Shown here piece by piece: positions 37,931 through 46,322 of a DNA stretch of 64,000 bases. Each line of letters begins with the position of its first letter. The first letter of the stretch is position 1. The notes beneath the pieces are model-generated. The model saw only the letters and a list, made by a program, of their open reading frames with translations, had not been told where the DNA came from and did not search any database. The stretch covers positions 7,578-71,577 of the forward strand of contig CACZSH010000075.1 of NCBI GenBank assembly GCA_902783785.1, in the 5' to 3' direction. Both the position numbers and the translations under genes were made by a program. Origin of the DNA: an uncultured bacterium. Lineage in GTDB: Bacteria > Cyanobacteriota > Vampirovibrionia > Gastranaerophilales > Gastranaerophilaceae.

Positions 37931-37999
37931 AAAACCGAAAAGGTTTTACTTACCTCCTCCCCAAGTCTGGTAGCCGCCCTCGTGACGGCTTTTTTTTTA
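37931..37999 (+). ncRNA. candidate small RNA or orphan plus-strand terminator module (hairpin, CCUCCUCCCC tract, GC hairpin plus U9)
   Basis: AAAACC-GAAAA-GGTTTT at 37931-37947, ACCTCCTCCCC at 37952-37962, AGCCG-N9-CGGCT at 37972-37990, then T9. There is no plus-strand gene upstream. Promoter evidence is weak. Confidence 0.25.
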
Positions 38000-38000
38000 T

Positions 38001-38939
38001 TTAATCAAGATAAATTTTTAATTGTGTTACGTTTCTATTGCTTCTTAATTTTCCTAACGCTTCATTTTCAATTTGTCTTATTCTTTCTTTTGAAAAACCC
38101 AACATTTGCCCTAACTCTTCCAAGGTTTTTGGTTTTTCTCCGTTTAATCCAAATCTGCAAATAATAATGCTTTGCTCTCTACGGTCTAAATATTTTAGAA
38201 GTTTTTGCATTTCTTTTTTTAGTCCTGATTTTTCAGTTTGAATTTCAGGTGATTTATAACTTTTGTCTGCAATATAATCTTGTACATTTAAATCTTCTGT
38301 AACAGGAGTATCAAGGCTTATAGGTTCTTTTATTACTGATTTTTTTATTGAATCAAGTTTTTTAATATTTATTTTTAATTCTTCTGCTATTTCTTTGTCA
38401 GTTGGTTCTTTTCCATTTTTTAGTGTCAAATATGCGTAAGCTTTTTTGTATTTTCTAATCTTGTCGTTCATATGGACAGGAATTCTTATTGTTTTTGAAT
38501 TATTTGCGATAGCTCTTATTATCGCCTGTTTTATCCACCATGTAGCATATGTTGAAAATTTTAGACCTCTCTTATAATCATATTTTTCTGCTGCTTTTAT
38601 TAATCCAAGCGAACCTTCTTGTACTAAATCCATAAAAAGCACACCTTGTCCAATATATTTTTTTGCGATGCTTACTACAAGTCTTAAATTTGATTGAATC
38701 AATTTTTGTTTTGCGTATAAGGCTTTTTCTTTTTTATCTTCTTTTATTGTTTTTCCTAAAAATTGTTCGTCTTTAAATTTTAAAAGTTTGATTTTTCCAA
38801 TATCTTTAAGATAGTTTTGTAATAAATCATCGTCTTTTGAAATAGAATTAAATGTTTTTGTATCTTCTTGTTCTAAATTTTCTTCGTAAATACCTAATTT
38901 TTCTTCTATATCATAGTCAAACTCAGCCATTAATCCCAT
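38001..38939 (-). CDS. RpoD-family (primary-like / group 1-2) sigma-70 factor
   Basis: [58 protein letters not shown], and region 4 [28 protein letters not shown] upstream. Confidence 0.9.
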   Translation of the reverse strand: MGLMAEFDYDIEEKLGIYEENLEQEDTKTFNSISKDDDLLQNYLKDIGKIKLLKFKDEQFLGKTIKEDKKEKALYAKQKLIQSNLRLVVSIAKKYIGQGVLFMDLVQEGSLGLIKAAEKYDYKRGLKFSTYATWWIKQAIIRAIANNSKTIRIPVHMNDKIRKYKKAYAYLTLKNGKEPTDKEIAEELKINIKKLDSIKKSVIKEPISLDTPVTEDLNVQDYIADKSYKSPEIQTEKSGLKKEMQKLLKYLDRREQSIIICRFGLNGEKPKTLEELGQMLGFSKERIRQIENEALGKLRSNRNVTQLKIYLD

Positions 38940-38948
38940 AACTCTCCC

Positions 38949-38997
38949 TCAAATCTTTTTCAATACACATTATATTGTTATTGACGAAGATTTGAGT
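38949..38997. repeat. perfect 10-bp inverted repeat CTCAAATCTT-N29-AAGATTTGAG bracketing a TATAAT upstream of the RpoD-like gene
   Basis: Arms at 38949-38958 and 38988-38997. On the minus strand the arm proximal to the gene abuts the GAGGGAG SD. Confidence 0.6.
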
Positions 38998-39007
38998 AAA
39001 AAGTTTC

Positions 39008-39544
39008 TTATTGTGGAATATAATATTCAACAAATGAACAAGAAATATGCATTTTTGGAGCAAGAAACTGTCCTATAGGTGAATTAATAAGACTTTTATA
39101 GGCTCTTAGTGTTTCATTGAATTCTTTTACAGCTGAGGGTAAGAGTGATTGTGTATTTATAAAATCTTGAACATATTTACTTAAGTATATATTATTTTGT
39201 ATATTTGGATTGTTTAATGCTGCGGTAAATAATGTATTTAGCTCAATATCTAGTTGGTTTTCGAGTTTAAATCGATCTTCATTATTATTCCATCTTTTGG
39301 GTAATTCATTTATAGAAATTATAATTTTTCTAATGTTATAAATTAGGTCTGCTTCATTTGGCATTGCTTCCTGAGCTGCATCTATAAATGTTATTACAGC
39401 TTTTTGTCTGCTTATTAATCTTGCATCCACTGCTGCAAGTTTTTTTAATATAAGGTCTTTATATGATAATAATCCAAAATAAGTTGAGTAAAATATAATT
39501 CCGACAAGTAATATTATGACTAAAAGTATTATTAACAGTATCAT
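39008..39544 (-). CDS. LemA-family-like membrane protein
   Basis: N-terminal TM helix followed by a helical region laid out like LemA (YKDLILKKLAAVDARL...; VKEFNETLRAYKSLINSPIGQFLAP). Start placed at ATG 39544, after GGGAG. Confidence 0.55.
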   Translation of the reverse strand: MILLIILLVIILLVGIIFYSTYFGLLSYKDLILKKLAAVDARLISRQKAVITFIDAAQEAMPNEADLIYNIRKIIISINELPKRWNNNEDRFKLENQLDIELNTLFTAALNNPNIQNNIYLSKYVQDFINTQSLLPSAVKEFNETLRAYKSLINSPIGQFLAPKMHISCSFVEYYIPQ

Positions 39545-39545
39545 T

Positions 39546-40874
39546 TTAATCTCCCGATAGTATAATTGTAAAATCACTCTTCGGACAGAAATTTTTTACA
39601 GGATCATATACAAATTGAATATTCTTAATGTATGAAACTTTCTTTTTTAACCAATTGAAAAAGTCATTTGATATTGATGATGATTGGGCTATAAATTGTG
39701 AATGCGTAATATCTGCTCTGTAAAAACAAGATACTGTAATTCCTGTTTTTTCTAATTCGGTTTTTAATTGTTCAGCTTGTTCATATTTTCTTCCAGAATA
39801 AATAATTCCACCAAGTATGTGATTACTATCAAGAGACGTTTTATCTCTATATATCATTCTGTCAATTACTTCTTGTGTTTTTTCAGGATCAAGTATCCAG
39901 TAACTTATTGTACCTTTTTGGTTTGGTGCTCCTGGTAGAGTTGCTACTTCAATTTTATTCATATCTATATTTTTTGCTAGTGATGCAAGTTGAGATATTT
40001 CATACAATGATAAATCTGTTTTTATATATGAAGTTACAACATTTATTAAATCAGGTATTTTTGCTATTGTTTGAGGACTTTGTAATTTTTCTAATAATCC
40101 TCTTAAAAACCATTGTTGTCGTTGAGTTCTACCGATATCTCCAAGCCCGTCTTTTCTAAATCTTAAATATCCTACTGCATTTCTGCCATCTAGTATATTT
40201 AAACCTTTATTTAAATTTACATGTAATTTCCCTGAATAATCGTGATAATGCATTTCTTTTTCTACATATATTGGTACACCGCCTAAAATGTCTACAGCTT
40301 TTTCTACGGCTGCATCATTAACCATTATATAGTGATTTATTTTTATTCCCAAAGTTTCTTCCAAGGTTTCTTTTGTTAATTGGATTCCTCCTAATGCGTG
40401 AGCAGCATTGATTTTTTGTATTCCAAAATCATGTGGTAAAAATACTTTGCTATCTCTTGGAACTGAAATTGCATTAATTGATTTTGACTTTGCATCTATA
40501 TTTAGCAAAATAATAGTATCAGTTCTTGTACCTGTCCAAGGATCTGATTGGTTTTCACCGGCATCCGTTCCGACAAGCAATATAGTTTGTCTTTTTGTGA
40601 ACAAAGGCATTGTAAATTGAGTTTTTTCTTTTTCCTTATTTTTGAACGAAAATTTTGACAGAAACGTTGAAAACCATGCATTATTTGTTGTTGATTTTGT
40701 TGTCAGGTTAATTAATTCTGTATCACTTAAAAGCAAAAATCCTATTACCATTCCGCATAGTATAGAAACAATTACAAGCAAGGTCTTTGCAAAATTTGAA
40801 GTTTCTTCTTTTTCTTCTTGTAAATGCTTTAGGAATACGCTATATTCTTCACGTTCATTTGTCGTTTTATTCAT
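39546..40874 (-). CDS. LytR-CpsA-Psr (LCP) family protein
   Basis: TILLVGTDAG...RTDTIILLNID...ISVPRDS...KINAAHALGG, preceded by an N-terminal TM helix. Confidence 0.85.
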   Translation of the reverse strand: MNKTTNEREEYSVFLKHLQEEKEETSNFAKTLLVIVSILCGMVIGFLLLSDTELINLTTKSTTNNAWFSTFLSKFSFKNKEKEKTQFTMPLFTKRQTILLVGTDAGENQSDPWTGTRTDTIILLNIDAKSKSINAISVPRDSKVFLPHDFGIQKINAAHALGGIQLTKETLEETLGIKINHYIMVNDAAVEKAVDILGGVPIYVEKEMHYHDYSGKLHVNLNKGLNILDGRNAVGYLRFRKDGLGDIGRTQRQQWFLRGLLEKLQSPQTIAKIPDLINVVTSYIKTDLSLYEISQLASLAKNIDMNKIEVATLPGAPNQKGTISYWILDPEKTQEVIDRMIYRDKTSLDSNHILGGIIYSGRKYEQAEQLKTELEKTGITVSCFYRADITHSQFIAQSSSISNDFFNWLKKKVSYIKNIQFVYDPVKNFCPKSDFTIILSGD

Positions 40875-40947
40875 GTAAAATCTCTTCCCTATGCGTGTAA
40901 TGTAATTATAAGATAATCATAAAATAAAATCAAACACATTAGAGAGA

Positions 40948-41736
40948 TTATTTCTTTGGTATTTTTTCCTTTTGAAAGGCCCATGCAGAATGATTATGAA
41001 TACTTTCAAATGATTCGCAAAAAAGTTCATAACTTCTTATTTCAGGTTTTTCTTTTATTTTTATTATTACATCTCTTAAAACGTCTTCTACAAATTTAGG
41101 ATTATTATATGCATGTTCAGTTACAAATTTTTCATCTGCTCTTTTTAATAATGAATATACATCACTTGATGCACAGCTTTCTATATCTTTAATTAAGTCT
41201 TCTATCCATATATGTGCATCGTCATCATAATGTATATTTAATGAAACAATACTTCTTTGATTATGGGCTCCGTTTTCTGATATTTCTTTTGAGCAAGGAC
41301 ATAATGTCGTTACAGGTACCTTTACTCCAAGATAAAATTTGTATTCATCATTATAATATGTTCCTTTAAAAGAACAATCATAACACATTGGAGATACAAG
41401 TTTTGATACAGGAGATTCTTTATCTATAAAATACTTGAACTCAAATTTTATTTCTCCGCTTTTTGCATCTAATTTTTCTATTATTTCTTTTAAACATTGT
41501 TTTATATCGACACCAAGCATGTTTTTGTTGCTCCATGCTGTTAAAACTTCTATAAATCTTGACATGTGGGTGCCTTTATAATCTTTTGGTAAAGATACGC
41601 TTGCTGTTGCTTTTGACCAAACTTCACAATCTGTTTTATTTTTTCTTTGTATTGTAAGCGGAAGTTCTACATCTTTTACGCCTACATTTTGTATTTCTAT
41701 TCCTCTTTCATCTTTTGAATTTTGTATATCTTTCAT
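40948..41736 (-). CDS. folE2: GTP cyclohydrolase FolE2 (type IB)
   Basis: DIQNSKDERGIEIQNVGVKDVELPLTI, GTHMSRFIE, and CPCSKEIS...GAHNQRS. Confidence 0.85.
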   Translation of the reverse strand: MKDIQNSKDERGIEIQNVGVKDVELPLTIQRKNKTDCEVWSKATASVSLPKDYKGTHMSRFIEVLTAWSNKNMLGVDIKQCLKEIIEKLDAKSGEIKFEFKYFIDKESPVSKLVSPMCYDCSFKGTYYNDEYKFYLGVKVPVTTLCPCSKEISENGAHNQRSIVSLNIHYDDDAHIWIEDLIKDIESCASSDVYSLLKRADEKFVTEHAYNNPKFVEDVLRDVIIKIKEKPEIRSYELFCESFESIHNHSAWAFQKEKIPKK

Positions 41737-42092
41737 TACTTTTCTTCTTCTTCTTTTCCTATATTTAACTTTAAATCTTTAAAATTGTTTTCTTCAATTG
41801 CCAGTAATATTTTTAGAGCAACTTCTCTTTGTGTTCTTGCGGGTGCAAGTCTAAGCAGTTCTATTGCTTTCATTATAACAGGGTCATAATCGTACCATCG
41901 ATTACCTTTCCCTTGATATTTATTCATCATTTCGTAAACGTGTTCAATAACTTCTGTTGCAACCTGTGTTTGTAATTTTAATATAAAATCGACCGCTTCA
42001 TCTTTTGTTTTAGCCGGTGATATTCTTAAGACTTCTAATGCTTCTTTTAATATTGGATCTTTATCATACCAACGTCTGTTTTCATTAACCAT
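41736..42092 (-). CDS. hypothetical protein with two tandem RWYD-x-DP helical repeats
   Basis: RRWYDKDPILKEALEVLRISPAKTKDEAV and NRWYDYDPVIMKAIELLRLAPARTQREVA. Start set at ATG 42092, 8 nt after GGAG. Its stop codon overlaps the folE2 ATG (TAATG). Confidence 0.5.
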   Translation of the reverse strand: MVNENRRWYDKDPILKEALEVLRISPAKTKDEAVDFILKLQTQVATEVIEHVYEMMNKYQGKGNRWYDYDPVIMKAIELLRLAPARTQREVALKILLAIEENNFKDLKLNIGKEEEEK

Positions 42093-42229
42093 TTTATTTC
42101 TCCGCATGTTTTTCACGTTTATTTGAATCGTATCATAATATTTGTTTTTTTTATACAATTTATCTCGAATATTTTATTTTTATTTTATTTATGCTAAATT
42201 TTTGTATTATAAAGAACTGGAGATAATAG

Positions 42230-42667
42230 ATGAAAATATTGATTTTAAATGGTCCAAATTTAAATATGTTAGGGAAAAGAGAGCCTGAAATTTATGGTAA
42301 AAATACATTAAGTAATTTGCAAGATTTAATTGAAAATTATTGTAAAGATTTGAAATATGACGTTGAGTTTTATCAATCTAATCACGAAGGTGATTTAATA
42401 GACAAAATTCAATCTTCAGCCGTTGACGGTATTGTTTTTAATGCAGGTGCTTATACGCATACAAGTGTTGCTTTAAGAGACGCTATTTCAAGTGTTAAAA
42501 CTCCTGTTATTGAAGTTCATATTTCTAATGTCCATTCAAGAGAAGAATTTCGTCACAAATCATTAATTTCACCTGTTTGTTTAGGCGTAATTTGTGGGTT
42601 TGGTTTTAACAGTTATCTTTTAGCAATTAACGGTTTGCATCTTTTTCTGTCAAAGGACGTAAAATAA
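42230..42667 (+). CDS. aroQ: type II 3-dehydroquinate dehydratase
   Basis: ILILNGPNLNMLGKREPEIYG, QSNHEGDLID, NAGAYTHTSVALRDA, and EVHISN. Confidence 0.93.
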   Translation: MKILILNGPNLNMLGKREPEIYGKNTLSNLQDLIENYCKDLKYDVEFYQSNHEGDLIDKIQSSAVDGIVFNAGAYTHTSVALRDAISSVKTPVIEVHISNVHSREEFRHKSLISPVCLGVICGFGFNSYLLAINGLHLFLSKDVK

Positions 42668-42926
42668 TAATTGAATTTATATTCAATTGAATAAAATCAT
42701 GTACTTCGATAGGTCGGTTAGGAATTAGTCTGTTTTTTAGTTCACAACTTTTTATTGCTACAAATTTTTTTTCTCCGTTTAATATGTCACTTAAAATTCG
42801 GTTTCTTTTACCTGTCTTGGGCATAAAAACAGTTCCTTTTATTTCGTAATCTTGTGTTATTACAAATACTCTTTCAGACCAGACTCTTGAATTAAAATCG
42901 TTTGCTGATACTTGATTTCCTGACAT
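42627..42926 (-). CDS. hypothetical 99-aa protein, last gene of the pilQ-pilB-pilC operon
   Basis: Intact ORF 26 nt downstream of pilC on the same strand. No motif recognised and no PilZ signatures. Its 3' end overlaps aroQ convergently. Confidence 0.5.
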   Translation of the reverse strand: MSGNQVSANDFNSRVWSERVFVITQDYEIKGTVFMPKTGKRNRILSDILNGEKKFVAIKSCELKNRLIPNRPIEVHDFIQLNINSIIILRPLTEKDANR

Positions 42927-42952
42927 TTTAAATATATCCTTTCTTTTTATTT

Positions 42953-44167
42953 TTATATTTCGTATGATTGAAATAGTGGTAAGTATAGAGCTAATGCTAG
43001 TACAAGTACTATACTACCAATTACGATAAGCATTATTGGTTCAATAGCTTTTGTCATAGTATCTATAACTTTATCTAAAGTTTTATCAATAAAAATAGTA
43101 GCTTGATACATCATTTCTCCCAAACGACCTGATTGTTCACCTGTTGCTATCATAAATAAAATCATACCAGGCATGGCTTTTGTTGCTCTTAGTGCTACAG
43201 ATAAGTGTTTACCCTGCTGTACGTCAGTTGTAGCCAAGCTTATTTTATCTTTTAATGTTGTATTTGTCAGTGTTATATTTGATAAATATAAACAATCGAC
43301 AACAGGAATACCTGCATCATATGCGACTTGCATTACAGATACGAAGTTTGAGAAATTTGAAAATTGTATTAATTTATTTATCAATGGTATTTTTAATACA
43401 TACTTATCTATGATTCTTTTTGAAGGATTCCATCTTAATAAAAACATAGAACCAAAAATTACTGTACCAAAAATTAATGGTATTGCAGGCCAATATGTTT
43501 TTAGCCATACTCCGGCATCCATTAATGTTTTTGTTATCCAAGGTAATTCTTTATCCATTGTATCAAACATTTCTGCAAATGCAGGGAATACGAATACTAA
43601 CATAACCGTAGTTACAAGCATTGCAAGTAAGATTACAAACACCGGATACATTAAAGCTCCAACTACTCTGCTTCTTATATTTTCTTCTTTTTTTAACAAT
43701 TCTAAAAGACGTTCCATTGTTTTTTCAAGTTCCCCCGCGTCTTCTCCGGCTCTTACCAAACCTATATAGATTTGACCAAATACATCAGGATATCTTGCAA
43801 TTGTATCTGCAAATGTTGAACCTAACATAATTTGACGTCTTAGTTCTTGTGCTACGCTTTTTAATTTTTTATTTGAAGCATCATTTTCAATGAAGGTTAA
43901 TGCCTCAATTACAGGAATTCCTGATTGAACCAGAATTTGAAATGTTGACGTAAATTCTACACGTTCACCAAGACTCATTTTTTTTATTTTTTTAAAATCA
44001 GCTTTTTTTTCAGTTGAACTTCCGCTTTTATTTGTTTCGACGATTTTTGTGGGTAAATATCCCATCTTTCTTATAAGTTCTCTTGCTTCTTTGTGAGTTG
44101 AAGCTTCTAAAGAACCTTTTATTAATTCCTTATTATTTTTTAAGGCGGTATAATTATAAACTGGCAT
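42953..44167 (-). CDS. pilC: type IV pilus platform protein PilC (GspF family)
   Basis: Two GspF repeats (LVRAGEDAGELEKTM and MIATGEQSGRLGEMM) and three TM segments. Confidence 0.9.
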   Translation of the reverse strand: MPVYNYTALKNNKELIKGSLEASTHKEARELIRKMGYLPTKIVETNKSGSSTEKKADFKKIKKMSLGERVEFTSTFQILVQSGIPVIEALTFIENDASNKKLKSVAQELRRQIMLGSTFADTIARYPDVFGQIYIGLVRAGEDAGELEKTMERLLELLKKEENIRSRVVGALMYPVFVILLAMLVTTVMLVFVFPAFAEMFDTMDKELPWITKTLMDAGVWLKTYWPAIPLIFGTVIFGSMFLLRWNPSKRIIDKYVLKIPLINKLIQFSNFSNFVSVMQVAYDAGIPVVDCLYLSNITLTNTTLKDKISLATTDVQQGKHLSVALRATKAMPGMILFMIATGEQSGRLGEMMYQATIFIDKTLDKVIDTMTKAIEPIMLIVIGSIVLVLALALYLPLFQSYEI

Positions 44168-44178
44168 TTGGTATTATC

Positions 44179-46314
44179 CTATTCATTGCTTAAACCTAGT
44201 ACTCTGACATATTCTTCTATTGTTGTATCACCATTTAGTAAGTGATTTAAGCATGCTTGAGATAAAGTTCTCATTCCTGTTGCTATAGCAGCTTCTTCTA
44301 TTTCTATATCATGAGCACCTTGTGATATAAGTTTTCTTAATTCTTTTGTTATAGGAAGAATTTCGTATACTCCCATACGACCTTTATACCCTCTCATATC
44401 ACATTGTCCGCACCCTTTTGCTCTATATATTTTTGTGTTCATTAATTTTTGAATATCTTCTTCATCATTAAATATTTGAGCGGCTTCTTCATGTGAAGGG
44501 TAATATTCTTCACGACAATCTTTACATAAGTGTCTAACAAGTCTTTGGGATATAACTCCAATTAAAGTTGAAGATACAAGATAATCTTTTGCACCCATTT
44601 CAATTAAACGAGTTAATGTTGAGGCTGCTGAATTGGTGTGAACAGTGCTCAATACAAGGTGTCCGGTAAGAGCTGCAGAAATTGCAACTTCTAAAGTTTC
44701 ATAGTCACGAATTTCACCTACAAGTATTATATCAGGGTCTTGTCTTAAAATAGCTCTCATACAAGAAGCAAACGTAATTCCCGCTTTAACATTTACTTGA
44801 GATTGGTTAATACCTTCAATTTTAATTTCTATAGGGTCTTCAATTGTTGTTATATTTACGCCTTCTGTATTTAATTTTTTTAAAATAGAGTATAAAGTTG
44901 TTGTTTTACCGGAACCTGTAGGACCAGATGTTAATATAATTCCATTTGGTGCAGAGATTAATTTTTTTATTTTTGTTATATCTTGCGGAGTTGCTCCTAA
45001 AAGTTTTATTTCTTTTTCTGAAGAATTTAGTGTTACGGCAGGTGCCAATACACGAATTACCATTTTTTCTTTTCCTGATACCGGTAAAGTATTTATACGG
45101 AAATCGAAAGATCTTTCTTTATAATTTATAGTAAATGTTCCGTCTTGAGGTCTTCTGTGTTCTGCTATATTCATTCTTGATAAAACTTTAAAACGCGTTA
45201 AAACTGTTTGTTCAATTTTTGCAGGTAAATCCAGAGCATGTCTTAAAATACCATCAATACGATATCTTACTACGTGATTTTTTAAACGTGGTTCTATGTG
45301 AATATCAGATGCTTTTAAATCTATCGCATCTGTTAATATTTTATTTACAAATTCAGCTACGGTACTTGAACTTTCTTGAAGTTCTTTATCTATTTGTTCC
45401 CATAGTGTATCTTCTATTCTCAATTGACTTGCTTCTTCTTCAAGTTTTTGAAGTATTTTATCTGATTTTTTCTTTTCTTGTGAGAAAAATTTGTCTATAC
45501 TTCTTTCAAATTCAAATGAGGTTATAACAAGTGGTTTTGGATTTTGTCCGGTTATATAAACAATTTCTTTAAGAGCGGATGTATTATATGGCTCTACTAG
45601 ACCAACTTGTAAAATTTTACCATCAGAAAATATTGGAAGTATTTTATTTTCTTTAATAAAATCTTCTGGTAATAATTTTATAAATTTTCCTTGATCTTTA
45701 AACATTTCATCTGTAACAACATCTTGTTGGAAAAGTTCTGATAATGCTGTTTTTAATCTTGGTAAAGAAATGCATCCCATTCCGTAAAGAATTGAACCTA
45801 CAGGCTCTTGTCTTCTTTTTGAATCTTCTAGAGCTTCAGCTAATTGTGTTTCAGAAACTTCACCTGTTTCATAAAACATATCTCCAAGCATTTTATTCAT
45901 TTCTGCAAACGTTTTAGGAGTTTGTTTTTCTTGTTGAGGTTCTAAAGACAAAATTGTCTGATTTTTTTGTAAATCTATCAAATTTTGATTCTGTTGTACA
46001 ATTTGTTCTTGATCTTGTACATTATTTAAATTCTTTTGAGCGTTTACTGTTTCTGTTTTTTCTATATTTATACTTGAAAATAAATTCTTGTATGCTTCGT
46101 TTGGTAAAAATATAAATTGTGTATCACAGCCGCATACAGCTTTTACAATTTCTCCGGCTTCTTGTTTCCTTGTTTGTTGATTTCCTACTGCAAATAATGT
46201 CGAATTTTTGACATTAATAGGTAAAAATTGACATTCAACAAGTTGATTAATATCAAATTTTGATATTATATCTTTATTTATATTAGCTTTTAATTTTTGT
46301 ATTTTTTCATCCAT
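44179..46314 (-). CDS. pilB: type IV pilus assembly ATPase PilB (GspE family) with extended N-terminus containing MshEN-like motifs
   Basis: GPTGSGKTT, IEDPIE, RQDPDIILVGEIRD, STVHTN, and CKDC...CGQC. See the findings for the N-terminal region. Confidence 0.92.
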   Translation of the reverse strand: MDEKIQKLKANINKDIISKFDINQLVECQFLPINVKNSTLFAVGNQQTRKQEAGEIVKAVCGCDTQFIFLPNEAYKNLFSSINIEKTETVNAQKNLNNVQDQEQIVQQNQNLIDLQKNQTILSLEPQQEKQTPKTFAEMNKMLGDMFYETGEVSETQLAEALEDSKRRQEPVGSILYGMGCISLPRLKTALSELFQQDVVTDEMFKDQGKFIKLLPEDFIKENKILPIFSDGKILQVGLVEPYNTSALKEIVYITGQNPKPLVITSFEFERSIDKFFSQEKKKSDKILQKLEEEASQLRIEDTLWEQIDKELQESSSTVAEFVNKILTDAIDLKASDIHIEPRLKNHVVRYRIDGILRHALDLPAKIEQTVLTRFKVLSRMNIAEHRRPQDGTFTINYKERSFDFRINTLPVSGKEKMVIRVLAPAVTLNSSEKEIKLLGATPQDITKIKKLISAPNGIILTSGPTGSGKTTTLYSILKKLNTEGVNITTIEDPIEIKIEGINQSQVNVKAGITFASCMRAILRQDPDIILVGEIRDYETLEVAISAALTGHLVLSTVHTNSAASTLTRLIEMGAKDYLVSSTLIGVISQRLVRHLCKDCREEYYPSHEEAAQIFNDEEDIQKLMNTKIYRAKGCGQCDMRGYKGRMGVYEILPITKELRKLISQGAHDIEIEEAAIATGMRTLSQACLNHLLNGDTTIEEYVRVLGLSNE

Positions 46315-46322
46315 TATTTTAT

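Noticed and set aside
37931-37999. Possible tRNA, SRP RNA, RNase P RNA or tmRNA fragment in the relatively GC-rich intergenic patch.
   Set aside because: There is no cloverleaf. I could not recognise the conserved SRP domain IV, RNase P or tmRNA motifs. It is kept only as a generic sRNA/terminator candidate.
42627-42926. The 99-aa pilus-operon ORF as a PilZ domain protein.
   Set aside because: The RxxxR and D/NxSxxG PilZ signatures are absent.
43173-43769. Long antisense ORFs in the supplied track. Examples: 43173-43769 opposite pilC, 36853-37266 and 37414-37851 opposite aroA, 10023-10454 opposite the flavoprotein gene, 4803-5258 opposite the AI-2E gene, 23452-24165 opposite pepA.
   Set aside because: Each lies entirely inside a well-supported gene on the other strand. 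Their composition is low-complexity and Leu/Phe/Ile/Ser-rich, and they have no SD or promoter signal. This is typical of shadow ORFs.
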